A DNA stretch of 64,000 nucleotides from Candidatus Entotheonellaceae bacterium (GCA_965238075.1 OZ250173.1:1-64000), one strand, 5' to 3'. Counted from the stretch's first letter, positions 47,238 to 57,329 are shown. Translations and numbers: made by a program. Notes: a model not told the origin generated them from the letters alone.

Positions 47238-48206
47238 ATGAAAGCTGTACGTGTCCACGAGTTTGGCGGCCCCGAGGCGATGAGCTACGATGAGGTTCCC
47301 ACCCCGTCGCCCGGCGAGGGCCAGGTGCTGGTGAAACTGGCGGCCAGCGGCCTGAATTACATCGATGTCTACCAGCGCACCGGCTCGTATCCCAATGCTC
47401 TGCCCTACACCCTCGGCCTGGAAGGCTCCGGCATCGTGGCAGGCGTGGGAGCCGGAGTCGCCACGTTCAAGGAAGGCGATCCGGTCACCTGGACTGGCGT
47501 GCCCGGCGCCTATGCCGAATATGCCGTGGTGCCCGAGCAGCGCCTGGTGCGCATGCCCGACGGGCTGGACGTCAAAGTGGGTGCGGCAGCCATGCTGCAG
47601 GGAATGACGGCGCACTATCTTGTCAAAACTACCTACCCTCTCAAGGCCGGTGACGCCTGTCTGGTGCATGCGGCGGCCGGCGGCGTCGGTCTGTTGCTGG
47701 TGCAGATGGCCAAGCAATGCGGCGCGCGGGTGTTCGGCACCGTCTCAACCGAGGAAAAGGCCGCTCTGGCGCGGGATGCCGGTGCCGACGGCGTGATCCT
47801 CTACACCGAGCAGGATTTTGAGGCCGAGGTGAAGCGCCTGACCGACGGCAAGGGCGTGCAGGTGGTTTACGACGCGGTAGGCAAAACGACGTTTGAAAAA
47901 AGCCTGAACTGTCTGGCGCCGCTGGGTTACATGGTCCTCTACGGGGCTTCCAGCGGGCCGGTGCCGCCGTTCGATGCCGCCGTTCTCGGCGCCAAGGGGT
48001 CATTGTTCCTCACTCGGCCCAGCCTGTTCCACCACATCCCCGACCGCGCCAGTCTCGAACAGCGTGCCGGCGACGTCCTCAACTGGGTCGCCGATGGTAG
48101 CCTCAAGCTGCGCATGGAGCACAACTTCGCCTTGTCCGAGGTGGCGGAAGCGCATCGCAGCCTGGAAGGACGAAAGACCACCGGCAAGGTGTTGTTGATT
48201 CCGTAG
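47238..48206 (+). CDS. qor: NADPH:quinone oxidoreductase (zeta-crystallin/MDR)
   Basis: GLNYID, HAAAGGVG, YDAVG, KGSLFLTRP, KTTGKVLL. Confidence 0.92.
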   Translation: MKAVRVHEFGGPEAMSYDEVPTPSPGEGQVLVKLAASGLNYIDVYQRTGSYPNALPYTLGLEGSGIVAGVGAGVATFKEGDPVTWTGVPGAYAEYAVVPEQRLVRMPDGLDVKVGAAAMLQGMTAHYLVKTTYPLKAGDACLVHAAAGGVGLLLVQMAKQCGARVFGTVSTEEKAALARDAGADGVILYTEQDFEAEVKRLTDGKGVQVVYDAVGKTTFEKSLNCLAPLGYMVLYGASSGPVPPFDAAVLGAKGSLFLTRPSLFHHIPDRASLEQRAGDVLNWVADGSLKLRMEHNFALSEVAEAHRSLEGRKTTGKVLLIP

Positions 48207-48216
48207 TGCAGCGGAA

Positions 48217-48247
48217 TGTCGGATTATGCTTCGCTAACCCGACCTAC
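48217..48247 (-). repeat. GTAG-type REP element
   Basis: Reverse complement gtaggtcgggttagcgaagcataatccgaca (GTAG plus hairpin). Confidence 0.6.
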
Positions 48248-48294
48248 AGCTCCTAAAAGCGGGCGGGGACCGCAACGGCCCGCTCGCCTCAACC

Positions 48295-49812
48295 TCAGGC
48301 TTCGTGCCCCCAGCGCGACTTTACGGCTTCCCGGTCAACCTCATGGGCGTCCGTCCTCGGCAGCGCATCGGTAAACACGACCCACTTCGGTTTTTTGTAG
48401 CGGGCGATTCTGCCGGCCACGTGATCAATGACCTGATTGGCGCTCAGACCGCTATCGCTGCTCTCGATGACGGCCTTGATGGCCTCGCCCCACTGGGCAT
48501 CGGGCACGCCAAAAACGCACACCGCACTCACGCCCGGTATCTCCCTGATGACGGTCTCGACCTCGGCGGGATAGACGTTTTCCCCACCCGGCTTGATCAA
48601 TTCCTTCTCCGGCCTGCGGCCTACGTAATGTAAAAAACCGTCCCCGTCAAAGCGTCCCACGTCGCCGGTGTGATGCCAGCCGCCCCGAAAGGTGTAGTCG
48701 GTCTCTTCCTGCTGAGCATAATAACCCTGGAACACCACGAATCCGCGCGCCAGAATTTCGCCCGCCGTGCCGACCGGCACCTCGCGGTCGTATTCGTCAA
48801 CCAGCCGTACGCGGCATAGCGGCGCCACCCTGCCCGCGGCGCCCGGTCGTTCGACGGCGCGTTGCAGGGTGATGAAGCCGCTGGTTTCGGTCTGGCCATA
48901 GCCCGTCCAGAACTGCGCTTGGGTATTGGCCTGCAGGCGTCCGATGACCTCCGCCCCTTCGAGGCCGGCAACGTGTTTCAGGCTGGGCAGGCGGCTGTCG
49001 GCCGCCTCCGCGGCGTCCAGAATCGATCCGAGAACGGGGGGAAAACTGGTCAGATAGGTGACGTTGTGCGTGTCGATGAGCCGCACGGCCTGGGTGGCGT
49101 CGAAACGGGCCGTCAGCACGTTGGCGCCGCCGGCGTGCATGGTGGCGAGCGCCGCGCCCAAGGCGGCGATGTGAAACAGCGGCAGCGCCAGGAGATTGCA
49201 GTCGGACGCAGTGAGATCCATGCAAACCATGGTTTGCAGGTTGGCCGCCATCAGGTTGTTGTGCGTCAGCACGGCGCCGCGCGGAATCACATCCACCGCG
49301 GCGGTGGAGATCACCGCGAACGGGTCGTCGCCCGCGACCGGGCCGGGGGCTTCGTCGGGGCCGGAATCGGCGTAGAGTGTGTCGAAGGCGGCAAACGGGC
49401 CGGAGGGAATTGATCCAAAGGTATACCAGTGAGAAATGTCGGTGCTCGCTGGCCAATCCGCCACCGCCGGCTGCGTGGCGGCATCGACGACCATCATGCT
49501 CGGCTCGGCCCGCTCGACGATGCGGAGGACCTCATCTGCCGTCAGGCGCCAGTTGATCGGATAGGCCAGAATGCCCAGCTTGGCGCAGGCGCCGTAGAGG
49601 TCCAGGTAGCCGGGGTGGTTCTGTGCCAGAATGCAGATGCGCTCGCCTTTCCGGATCGGCAATGCCGCGAAGCCGCTCGCCAAGGCATCGACGCGGGCAA
49701 GAAATTCGCGGAAATTAACCTCGCCCTGTTCGTGAATAACCGCCGGCCGTCCGCCGGATTGTGCGGCGTTGCGCAGCAGCATGTCGTACAGCGTGAACGT
49801 CTGCACGGACAC
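48295..49812 (-). CDS. AMP-binding acyl-CoA synthetase
   Basis: LPLFHI, GYGQTET, WHHTGD, KELIKPGGENVYP; atypical P-loop STAAVDVIPRG; GTG start 49812. Confidence 0.88.
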   Translation of the reverse strand: MSVQTFTLYDMLLRNAAQSGGRPAVIHEQGEVNFREFLARVDALASGFAALPIRKGERICILAQNHPGYLDLYGACAKLGILAYPINWRLTADEVLRIVERAEPSMMVVDAATQPAVADWPASTDISHWYTFGSIPSGPFAAFDTLYADSGPDEAPGPVAGDDPFAVISTAAVDVIPRGAVLTHNNLMAANLQTMVCMDLTASDCNLLALPLFHIAALGAALATMHAGGANVLTARFDATQAVRLIDTHNVTYLTSFPPVLGSILDAAEAADSRLPSLKHVAGLEGAEVIGRLQANTQAQFWTGYGQTETSGFITLQRAVERPGAAGRVAPLCRVRLVDEYDREVPVGTAGEILARGFVVFQGYYAQQEETDYTFRGGWHHTGDVGRFDGDGFLHYVGRRPEKELIKPGGENVYPAEVETVIREIPGVSAVCVFGVPDAQWGEAIKAVIESSDSGLSANQVIDHVAGRIARYKKPKWVVFTDALPRTDAHEVDREAVKSRWGHEA

Positions 49813-49838
49813 GGGGTTCTCCTTCCTCGGCGTGGGGG

Positions 49839-50516
49839 CTACGCGGCAATCGGCGTGGTGACGAAAACGCGGAAATTGGCGCGTAGCGACGCTGTCTCTC
49901 GGATGGCGAAGCCTGCCTCGGCCAGCAGCCATTGCCAATCCTCGGTGGTGTACTTGTTGTGCACCGGGAAGAGGCGGAACCAGCGCCGCAGGCTGTCCTG
50001 CCGTTCTTCGCCCTCCCCTTCGACGCGCGAGTCGAGGTACTCGGTCAGCGGTGCGCGCACCCAATCGTTCAGGAAGAAAATGCCCTCCGGGGCGAGAAGC
50101 CGGCGGATTTCCGCCAGTATCGGCAGCGGCTCGTCCAGCAGGTGCAGGATGGCCGTCATGTTGATCAGGTGTACCGAGCCGTCGGCCAGTGGGACGGGCT
50201 GCGCGGTCAGGTCGTGCACCGCGAGAGTCGGTTTCGGACCCGCGTAGGTCACCTCCTCCTGCGCATAAGTGATCATGGCCGGCGTGAGGTCATATCCGTG
50301 CAAGGCGGAGCCGGGGAAACGCCGGCTGAGATCGCGGAGAAACAATCCTGGGCCGCAGCCAAGGTCCACAATGGTGGGCCGACCCGGCAGGTTTGGTGAC
50401 ACGTGCGTATCGAAATAGCTCCGGAAGGCCTCGTCGTGGCGCTCTGCGTGACTGTCAACCATGCGCTCGACGAATTCCGTATCCGATATGCCGCTGATGC
50501 TTTGATGGGTGGCCAT
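49839..50516 (-). CDS. Class I SAM-dependent methyltransferase
   Basis: VDLGCGPG, GYDLTP, RLLAPEG; ATG 50516 with GAGGAG RBS. Confidence 0.88.
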   Translation of the reverse strand: MATHQSISGISDTEFVERMVDSHAERHDEAFRSYFDTHVSPNLPGRPTIVDLGCGPGLFLRDLSRRFPGSALHGYDLTPAMITYAQEEVTYAGPKPTLAVHDLTAQPVPLADGSVHLINMTAILHLLDEPLPILAEIRRLLAPEGIFFLNDWVRAPLTEYLDSRVEGEGEERQDSLRRWFRLFPVHNKYTTEDWQWLLAEAGFAIRETASLRANFRVFVTTPIAA

Positions 50517-50640
50517 AGTCTCCTCGGCGATTCCTTCCTTTGGGGGCAAGCTGCACTATAATGACGCTGCTACTATACATGAGCAAAATGATCGACAACA
50601 GGGCTGGCGTGCGCCGACGGTGCCAGCGTGAGGACGACGG

Positions 50641-51654
50641 ATGGCACCCTTCCAACTCCAATCGCCTCTCGACATGCACCTGCACTTACGCGAGGGCGAC
50701 CTGCTGAGTCTCGTGGCGCCGCTGAGCGCCCGCCCCTTTGCCGGCGCGGTTATCATGCCCAACCTGGTGCCGCCTGTCGACAATGCGGCACGCCTCGATA
50801 GTTACCGCGCCGCTGTCGACGCGGCCGTTGGGGATGCAGCCTTCGAGCCCTACATGACGCTGTTCTTCCGCCCGTACACTGCGGACGAGCTTGAGGCGAT
50901 GCACTCGCGCATCATCGGCATCAAGCTCTATCCGGCCGGCGTCACCACCAACAGCGAGGCCGGTGTGCGGGCCTTGCAAGAGGCGGAACCGACGCTGACC
51001 TTGATGCAGGAGCTTGACATTCCCTTGTTGGTGCACGGTGAGAGCACGGGTTTCGTCATGGACCGCGAGGTGGAATTCATGCCAGTGTACGAACACTTGG
51101 CGCGAACCTTTCCACGCCTGCGTATCGTGATGGAACATATCACCACGCGGCAGGCCGTGGCGTTTCTCGACCGCTATGCCAAAGTCTTCGCCACCGTCAC
51201 GCTGCACCATCTCGTGCTGACGCTGGACGACGTGGCGGGCGGGCTATTGGCGCCGCACCTGTTTTGCAAACCCATCGCCAAACGACCGGACGACCGCGAC
51301 GCCTTGCTCGCTGCCGCGCTCAGCGCCCATCCCAAGCTGATGTTCGGCAGCGACTCGGCGCCGCATCCGCGGCACAGCAAGGAGTGCGCCGGCTGCGCCG
51401 CCGGGGTGTTCACGGCCCCGGTCGCGCTGCCGATGCTTGTGGAACTCTTCGACAAGCACGACGCTTTGGATAACCTGCAAGCCTTCGTTTCCGGGAACGC
51501 CCGGCGCATTTATTGTCTCACGCCGATGCCCAAGACGGTTTCTTTCCTTAAGGAAGCAACCACCATTCCGTCGCATTATGGGACGGTCGTGCCGTTCGGC
51601 GCCGGCAGGACCGTGGCATGGCGATTGCTTGCCGCTGGCCAACCGCCCGTTTGA
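50641..51654 (+). CDS. pyrC: Dihydroorotase (homodimeric type)
   Basis: [40 protein letters not shown]. Confidence 0.94.
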   Translation: MAPFQLQSPLDMHLHLREGDLLSLVAPLSARPFAGAVIMPNLVPPVDNAARLDSYRAAVDAAVGDAAFEPYMTLFFRPYTADELEAMHSRIIGIKLYPAGVTTNSEAGVRALQEAEPTLTLMQELDIPLLVHGESTGFVMDREVEFMPVYEHLARTFPRLRIVMEHITTRQAVAFLDRYAKVFATVTLHHLVLTLDDVAGGLLAPHLFCKPIAKRPDDRDALLAAALSAHPKLMFGSDSAPHPRHSKECAGCAAGVFTAPVALPMLVELFDKHDALDNLQAFVSGNARRIYCLTPMPKTVSFLKEATTIPSHYGTVVPFGAGRTVAWRLLAAGQPPV

Positions 51655-51793
51655 CACTGCTTTGATGTTAGTGGTATACAAAGGGCCTCGTGACAGGTCG
51701 TCTTTGACCCCTTGCCACCTTGTTATCCGAGCGTGAAGGTTCTCAACCCAGGCTCCCCACTGCAGCCCCCAAAAGAACGGTGCCGATTTTTCC

Positions 51794-52678
51794 ATGATTT
51801 CGTCGGAACTCTACCACCAAGTACGCCGCCTGCACATCCGCACAAACCGGCTGGTCAACGAAACATTTGGGGGCGAATACCTGAGCGCCTTCAAAGGGCA
51901 TGGCATGGAGTTTGCCGAGGTGCGCGAATATGCGCCTGGTGACGACGTGCGCAGCATTGATTGGAACGTCACGGCGCGGCGAGGCCATCCGTACATCAAG
52001 CGTTATGTGGAGGAGCGGGAGCTGACCGTCATGTTGCTGGTCGACCTCAGCGCCTCCGGGCAGTTCGGCAGCGTCAGTCGGTTGAAAATGGACATTGGTA
52101 CGGAGTTGTGTGCGGTGCTGGCGCTAAGCGCCATCACCAACAACGACCGCGTTGGGCTGTTGCTGTTCACGGATAAGATCGAAAAGTTCGTGCCGCCGCA
52201 GAAGGGCAAGCGCCACGGGATGCGGATCATGCGGGACCTGCTTTATTTTCAGCCACAACAGCGGCGCACGGACGTGGGGCTGGCGTTGGACTTTCTGCAT
52301 CACATCAGCCGGCGTCGCACGGTCAGTTTCCTGGTTTCCGACTTCATGACGTCGGGGTATGACATGCCCCTGCGCGTCGCGCACCGGCGCCACGACATGA
52401 TTCCGATCAGCATTACCGACCGCCGTGAGGCCAGCCTGCCGCAACTCGGTCTGGTCGCCCTGCAGGACCTTGAGACCGGTGAATATATGCTGGTTGACAC
52501 GGCCAGCGATGCGGTACGTGAAAACTACCAACGCCGCCGGGAAACCGAGGTCGAACAGCGCCAGCACTTGTTCAAGTCACTGCGCATCGATTCCATCGAG
52601 GTGAATACGGAGGAGCCCTATATTCGTCCCCTGCTGCGGTTCTTCCGGCAGCGGGAGCGGCGCGGCGCCAGGACCTAG
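51794..52678 (+). CDS. DUF58 protein (MoxR-associated, MxaS-like)
   Basis: GMEFAEVREYAPGDDVRSIDWNVTAR, DLSAS, VSDF. Confidence 0.92.
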   Translation: MISSELYHQVRRLHIRTNRLVNETFGGEYLSAFKGHGMEFAEVREYAPGDDVRSIDWNVTARRGHPYIKRYVEERELTVMLLVDLSASGQFGSVSRLKMDIGTELCAVLALSAITNNDRVGLLLFTDKIEKFVPPQKGKRHGMRIMRDLLYFQPQQRRTDVGLALDFLHHISRRRTVSFLVSDFMTSGYDMPLRVAHRRHDMIPISITDRREASLPQLGLVALQDLETGEYMLVDTASDAVRENYQRRRETEVEQRQHLFKSLRIDSIEVNTEEPYIRPLLRFFRQRERRGART

Positions 52679-52738
52679 GCGTAAAATGCCCTGAAAAGCC
52701 TTCGCTGTTCCCTGCCCCGCAATTGGAGCCTGCTCAAC

Positions 52739-53767
52739 ATGTATTTTGCCGCCATACCCTACACCTACTTGTTAGTCCTGATCCCCGTCGTACTGGCGTT
52801 GTACGTGTATGCCTTCGTCCGCAAGCGCCAGGCCCTGGCCACCTTTATGGACCCGTCGCTGATCTCGCGCCTTTTGCCTGGGCACAGCCGCAGACGGCAA
52901 TGGGTCAAGGCGCTGTGCATGGTTGGCGCCGTGGCCGCCCTGGTGGTGGCGCTGATGCAGCCGCAGTGGGGGATCGATTGGCAGGACATCCCGCGGCGCG
53001 GACGGGATCTCATCATTCTGCTGGACGTTTCGATCAGTATGAAAGCCCAGGACGTTTTGCCGAACCGTCTCGAACAGGCCAAGCAAGCGGTCAGGAAACT
53101 GGTGGAATACCTGCAGACAACGGGTGGGCACCGGCTGGGCTTGGTTGCCTTCGCCGGCAGGGCGAGTCTGCGATCCCCGATGACGTTGGACTATCCCTTT
53201 TTTCTCAAACGCCTCAAACAGGTGGGGCCGGAAACCGTCACGCGTGATGGTACGTCGATCGGCGCCGCCATCCGGCAGGTTCTTGAAGGCTTCAGCAAGA
53301 TCGAATACGAATATACTGACATCATCATTCTTACCGACGGCGAAGACCACAACAGCTTCCCCCTGGAAGCCGCCCGTCTGGCTGCAGCCAAGAAAATAAA
53401 CCTCTACACGGTCGGCATCGGCGACGCCAGTCAGGGTCACCTGGTGCCGATCAAGTGGACGGAAGAGGGTTTGCCCTACTTCGCCAAGTACAAGGGGCAG
53501 GCGGTACGTTCGCAGATGAACCAGAGCCTGCTGCTGGAAATGGCGCGGCTGACGGACGGCGCCTATCTGGCCGGCGGAACCCGCGAGGTGCCTCTCGATC
53601 GGCTCTACCGCGACGAGATCGCCGACAAGCCTCGGCGCAATATCGAGGTCTCCGAGCGCGAACACCTCATCCACCGCTATCACTGGTTTGTGTTGGCTGC
53701 CGTGCTGTTGCTTGCCGCCGACATGTTACTGCGCGAGCGGAAAATCCCCGTGGAGAGGCAGATATGA
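52739..53767 (+). CDS. vWA domain protein, BatB-like
   Basis: N-terminal BatA-type TM segment, MIDAS DVSISM, PNRLEQAK, TDGEDH. Confidence 0.88.
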   Translation: MYFAAIPYTYLLVLIPVVLALYVYAFVRKRQALATFMDPSLISRLLPGHSRRRQWVKALCMVGAVAALVVALMQPQWGIDWQDIPRRGRDLIILLDVSISMKAQDVLPNRLEQAKQAVRKLVEYLQTTGGHRLGLVAFAGRASLRSPMTLDYPFFLKRLKQVGPETVTRDGTSIGAAIRQVLEGFSKIEYEYTDIIILTDGEDHNSFPLEAARLAAAKKINLYTVGIGDASQGHLVPIKWTEEGLPYFAKYKGQAVRSQMNQSLLLEMARLTDGAYLAGGTREVPLDRLYRDEIADKPRRNIEVSEREHLIHRYHWFVLAAVLLLAADMLLRERKIPVERQI

Positions 53768-54603
53768 GAGACAGAAAGGGACACATGACGAGTAAAGGCA
53801 TGCTGTTGGCGTTAGCAGTTCTGGTGCTGCTACCGCTTCATGTGCAGGCTGAATCGCCTTACAAGGCTGTGCAACGGGGCAACGAACTTTACGAGGTGGG
53901 TGAATACGACGCCGCAGGGCAGCATTATGCCAACGCCAGCGAGGCCCTCCCCGAGGCTGCCGAGATTTACTTCAACCAGGGAAACGTACTGTACAAGAAG
54001 CGCAAATTCCTCCAGGCCCTGGCGCATTACACGAATGCTTTGCAATCGGTTAACGGCGTTTTGGAAAGTCGCGTCAAGTACAATCTCGGTAACGTCGAGT
54101 ACCGCCGCGCCCTGATTGCGATGAGCACGCCGCAGGATTCCATGCTGCTGTTGCGGTCCGCTATCACCTACTACCGCGATAGCTTGGCGGTCGATCCGCA
54201 ACACCAAAACGCCCGCTACAATCTGGAGTTGGCGCATCGCCTGCTGCGCCAACTCTACGATGAATTACAAGAGGACCGGCGGGATAACCCCGATGACGGC
54301 CGTAATTCGGAACGGAAATCAGAAAAGGACGAGTCGAAGCAGCGGCAGTCTGAGCAACGCAACTCGCGGAAGGAAAGTAAGGAAGATGAGGGTCAGGCGG
54401 GCAGCGAGGCATCACGGAGCGTCATGGCCGACAGCGGTATGGAGGAGTCGCCAGAAGACATGGAAATGCCCGACGACCTGAGTCTGGAAGAAGCCGAAAT
54501 GAAACTAAACGAATTTCGTGATCGGACAAAAAAGATCGCGGAAATGCGCCAGGAATGGAAGAAGGCTCGCATGCGCGACGGCAAGGTGGAGAGATACTGG
54601 TAA
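53764..54603 (+). CDS. TPR protein, BatC/MxaK-like
   Basis: Signal peptide, GNELY, YFNQGN, YNLGN, ARYNLELA, charged low-complexity tail ending ERYW. Confidence 0.82.
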   Translation: MRDRKGHMTSKGMLLALAVLVLLPLHVQAESPYKAVQRGNELYEVGEYDAAGQHYANASEALPEAAEIYFNQGNVLYKKRKFLQALAHYTNALQSVNGVLESRVKYNLGNVEYRRALIAMSTPQDSMLLLRSAITYYRDSLAVDPQHQNARYNLELAHRLLRQLYDELQEDRRDNPDDGRNSERKSEKDESKQRQSEQRNSRKESKEDEGQAGSEASRSVMADSGMEESPEDMEMPDDLSLEEAEMKLNEFRDRTKKIAEMRQEWKKARMRDGKVERYW

Positions 54604-54622
54604 TTCTGATTCTGCCGTAGTA

Positions 54623-54662
54623 AGGAAAAGGCGCCTACGCAGGGTTGTAGGCGCCTTTTCCT
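54623..54662. terminator. Perfect 16-bp inverted repeat between batC-like and batA-like genes
   Basis: aggaaaaggcgcctac-N8-gtaggcgccttttcct. Confidence 0.6.
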
Positions 54663-54733
54663 CGTCATTGTTTCGGTGGGGCTGCCGATTTATCGACATC
54701 GTTCGTGCCCATTTACTTTGGGAGTTCATCATC

Positions 54734-55756
54734 ATGCGATTGGTCAATCCCCTGGCCCTGTTTCTATTGGTATTGGTGCCGCTGCTGCTGTACTTGCGTT
54801 ACCGGCGCCAGCAACCGGCGGTTATATCCTACCCGACGCTACAGGACCTGCGCCGGCTGCCGCGGTCGTTTGCGGTATGGCTGCACCGTGCGCTGCCGGT
54901 CCTGCGCGCGCTGGCGCTGATTTTGTGCGTTGTGGCTCTGGCCCGGCCGCAGTGGGGGTTCGAAACCACCGAGGTACGGCGCCAAGGCATCGCCATCGAC
55001 ATGGTCGTGGATATCTCCCGTAGCATGGCGGCGCAGGATTTGGAATTGGAGGGCGAGGAAAGGGACCGGCTGGAGGTGGTGAAGGAAGCGTTTCGTCAGT
55101 TTGTGCGGGGTGAAGGCGAAAGTGCCGGTGGGCGTGAGGGCGATCTGATTGGCATGGTGACGTTTGCGAAATACGCTGACGGTGTCAGTCCGCTGACGCT
55201 GGACCACGACATGCTGTTGTCGCTACTCGATCAGATCGAGATCGTCACCCAGCCGGAAGACAACGGCACCTCCATTGGCGAGGCGGTTGCCTTGGGGGTG
55301 GAACGCCTGCGTCAGAGCAAAACGACGAGCAAGGTGTTGATTCTGCTGACGGACGGCAGCAACAACGCGGGCCTTATGGAGCCTGTGGAAGCGGCCCAGA
55401 TTGCCAAGGCGCTGGGGATCAAGGTTTACACCATCGGAACCGGCAGGCACGGGACGGCCCCCGTGCCCATGCGGGCGCATGATGGCCGGAAAGTGATTCG
55501 TCGTATGCAGGTGTCGATCGACGAACGGACGCTCCGGCAGATTGCCCATCTCACCGGCGGGCAGTATTTTCGAGCCACGGACAGTGAAGCATTGAAGGAA
55601 ATTTATTCGGAGATCGACCGCCTGGAAAAGACCACCACGGTGGCGGAACACTACCAGCAATACATCGACTTCTTCCCCGCATTCCTGCTGTCCGGCCTGG
55701 GGCTCGTGCTGCTGGAAGCCGTGCTCGTCAACACCCGTTTGCGGACCGTTCCATAA
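54734..55756 (+). CDS. vWA domain protein, BatA/MxaC-like
   Basis: ALARPQ, MIDAS DISRSM, PLTLDH, LTDGSNNAG, TGGQYFRA; ATG 54734. Confidence 0.9.
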   Translation: MRLVNPLALFLLVLVPLLLYLRYRRQQPAVISYPTLQDLRRLPRSFAVWLHRALPVLRALALILCVVALARPQWGFETTEVRRQGIAIDMVVDISRSMAAQDLELEGEERDRLEVVKEAFRQFVRGEGESAGGREGDLIGMVTFAKYADGVSPLTLDHDMLLSLLDQIEIVTQPEDNGTSIGEAVALGVERLRQSKTTSKVLILLTDGSNNAGLMEPVEAAQIAKALGIKVYTIGTGRHGTAPVPMRAHDGRKVIRRMQVSIDERTLRQIAHLTGGQYFRATDSEALKEIYSEIDRLEKTTTVAEHYQQYIDFFPAFLLSGLGLVLLEAVLVNTRLRTVP

Positions 55757-55779
55757 TTCCCTAATCGATGGAAAGGTCT

Positions 55780-55862
55780 GTCACCCCGGCGCAGGCCGGG
55801 GTCCAGGGGTTTTGTGATGGCTGATGGCAGGTCACGCCATTCCGGCATGCGCCGGAATGGCG
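55780..55862. repeat. Palindromic repeat pair between convergent operons
   Basis: gtcaccccggcgcaggccggggtcca ... gccattccggcatgcgccggaatggc. Confidence 0.6.
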
Positions 55863-55867
55863 TTTTT

Positions 55868-56320
55868 TTACTTGCGAAGGGTATTCAGCTCAAGGGCAAC
55901 ACCGGCAGTGCCGAGCGGTACCAGTCCCGGTGTGCTGGCAAACAACTCGCCGGGCACGACGGAGAGGACATCGCCGTCCTTGTCAGTGAAAGCCTGTACA
56001 ACGTAGGATTTCCACTTGCTGCGACCGGACATGTCGAAAGTCGGCGCGATACGGAATTCAACAGGCAGAGTGAACGTAAGCAAGATTGCATACTTTGCGT
56101 CAAGTTCGACGCCGTTTCCCGGATGGAACAGTTTGATAATCAGTCGGTCGGTGGGCGAGATGTGATGAGCGAGACCAGCGCGGATACGGATCGTTCCCTG
56201 GATCGTTTTCTTGGAATCATCAGCCGCCCAGGCGGCATTGAACAGCCATCCAACAAGCAGGCACACACCGCATACGAACCCGATTCCCGCCAATTGAGAC
56301 AGCCCTCGGTGGATCGTCAC
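55868..56320 (-). CDS. Secreted hypothetical protein, resembles the CcmI/CycH C-terminal Ig-like domain
   Basis: Signal peptide (AWA|A), IQGTIRI, LPVEFRI..DMSG, DKDGD..PGEL, VPLGTAGVALELN; GTGA coupling to the upstream gene. Confidence 0.6.
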   Translation of the reverse strand: MTIHRGLSQLAGIGFVCGVCLLVGWLFNAAWAADDSKKTIQGTIRIRAGLAHHISPTDRLIIKLFHPGNGVELDAKYAILLTFTLPVEFRIAPTFDMSGRSKWKSYVVQAFTDKDGDVLSVVPGELFASTPGLVPLGTAGVALELNTLRK

Positions 56321-56727
56321 TGAATGTAGATGTCCAAATTTCCGGCGCCCGTCCAGCCGGTGAACTGCACACGCGAAAAGCGGCGATGCACGGTGCTGAG
56401 GCGCTGGTAGAACTCTACCGTGAACGCCACTTGGATCTGGTCTCCCTCCTGCCCGAGCACCCGTACCCACGGGGCCATCATGTCTTCAAGTATTTTACCG
56501 TCGATATAGATGCACAGGTCCTCGCCGTTCTCGTTGCGCAGTTCCTTCCGTAATGCCTGAACGTCCTTGTCGGCGCGCTGCCCCGCCGCTGCTTGCCCGT
56601 AGGCTACCTGGCTGACGCAAACCCACGAGCCCCTGAGCAGCGTGTGCGGGCGGTCATCGTCGTGGTGGCCCTGGGCGACGCCCATCAGCAGGACGATAAG
56701 CAGCGTTGCGAGGCTTACGATATTCAT
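56317..56727 (-). CDS. Secreted hypothetical protein
   Basis: Signal peptide MNIVSL...AQG, then HHDDDRPH; two Cys; co-oriented in the PQQ cluster. Confidence 0.65.
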   Translation of the reverse strand: MNIVSLATLLIVLLMGVAQGHHDDDRPHTLLRGSWVCVSQVAYGQAAAGQRADKDVQALRKELRNENGEDLCIYIDGKILEDMMAPWVRVLGQEGDQIQVAFTVEFYQRLSTVHRRFSRVQFTGWTGAGNLDIYIQ

Positions 56728-56762
56728 ACGAACCCCCACGGCCCACTCTTTTCTTGGCACGA

Positions 56763-57221
56763 TTAGTAGTCCTTCCAGATCGCCCCTTCCAGAGCGAGCG
56801 TTTCAAGATAGACGCCGATGTAGGAAATCTGTTCGGCATTCAGCACGCCGGCCCACGGCGGCATTTTCAACTTGGGTCTGCCGGCTATGACGATGGACAC
56901 GAACTGGCTGTAGCCGGCCCAGAAGCGGCGCAAGTCCTTGGCATAGCCGCCCCAGCGCGGCGAGCGGCCGTCGGCTTTCACCCCGTGGCACTGCACGCAC
57001 CAGGTAAAGTAGAGCTTGCCCCCTTTGAGGGCCGCGTCGCACTGCCCCGAGTAGGGATTTGACGACGGCACCGGATTTTCAGGGAACGTCAAGATGTTGG
57101 TTCCATCCGTGCACTCCTCGGCGGCCAGCGCATGGATGGGGCCGTGCACCACCAACAAGCTCATCACCACGACAACAGTGGCAAGAAACCGCACCCGAGT
57201 CATGCCCGAGTTGGTTATCAC
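56763..57221 (-). CDS. Periplasmic mono-heme cytochrome c (electron acceptor, PedF/XoxG-like)
   Basis: Signal peptide, NPYSG, CVQCH, GRP..KMPPW. Confidence 0.88.
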   Translation of the reverse strand: MITNSGMTRVRFLATVVVVMSLLVVHGPIHALAAEECTDGTNILTFPENPVPSSNPYSGQCDAALKGGKLYFTWCVQCHGVKADGRSPRWGGYAKDLRRFWAGYSQFVSIVIAGRPKLKMPPWAGVLNAEQISYIGVYLETLALEGAIWKDY

Positions 57222-57270
57222 GGTTGTTTCTCCTTCCCTTACAGTCCACGAACATCTTGGCAGAAAGCAG

Positions 57271-57316
57271 AAAAAAACGGCGGGGCTGGAAAGCCTTGCG
57301 TTTCCAGCCCCGCCGT
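57271..57316 (-). terminator. Rho-independent terminator after the PQQ dehydrogenase
   Basis: GC-rich stem acggcggggctggaaa/tttccagccccgccgt ending in a run of 7 U on the minus strand. Confidence 0.8.
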
Positions 57317-57329
57317 CGTCAGCCCGTGT

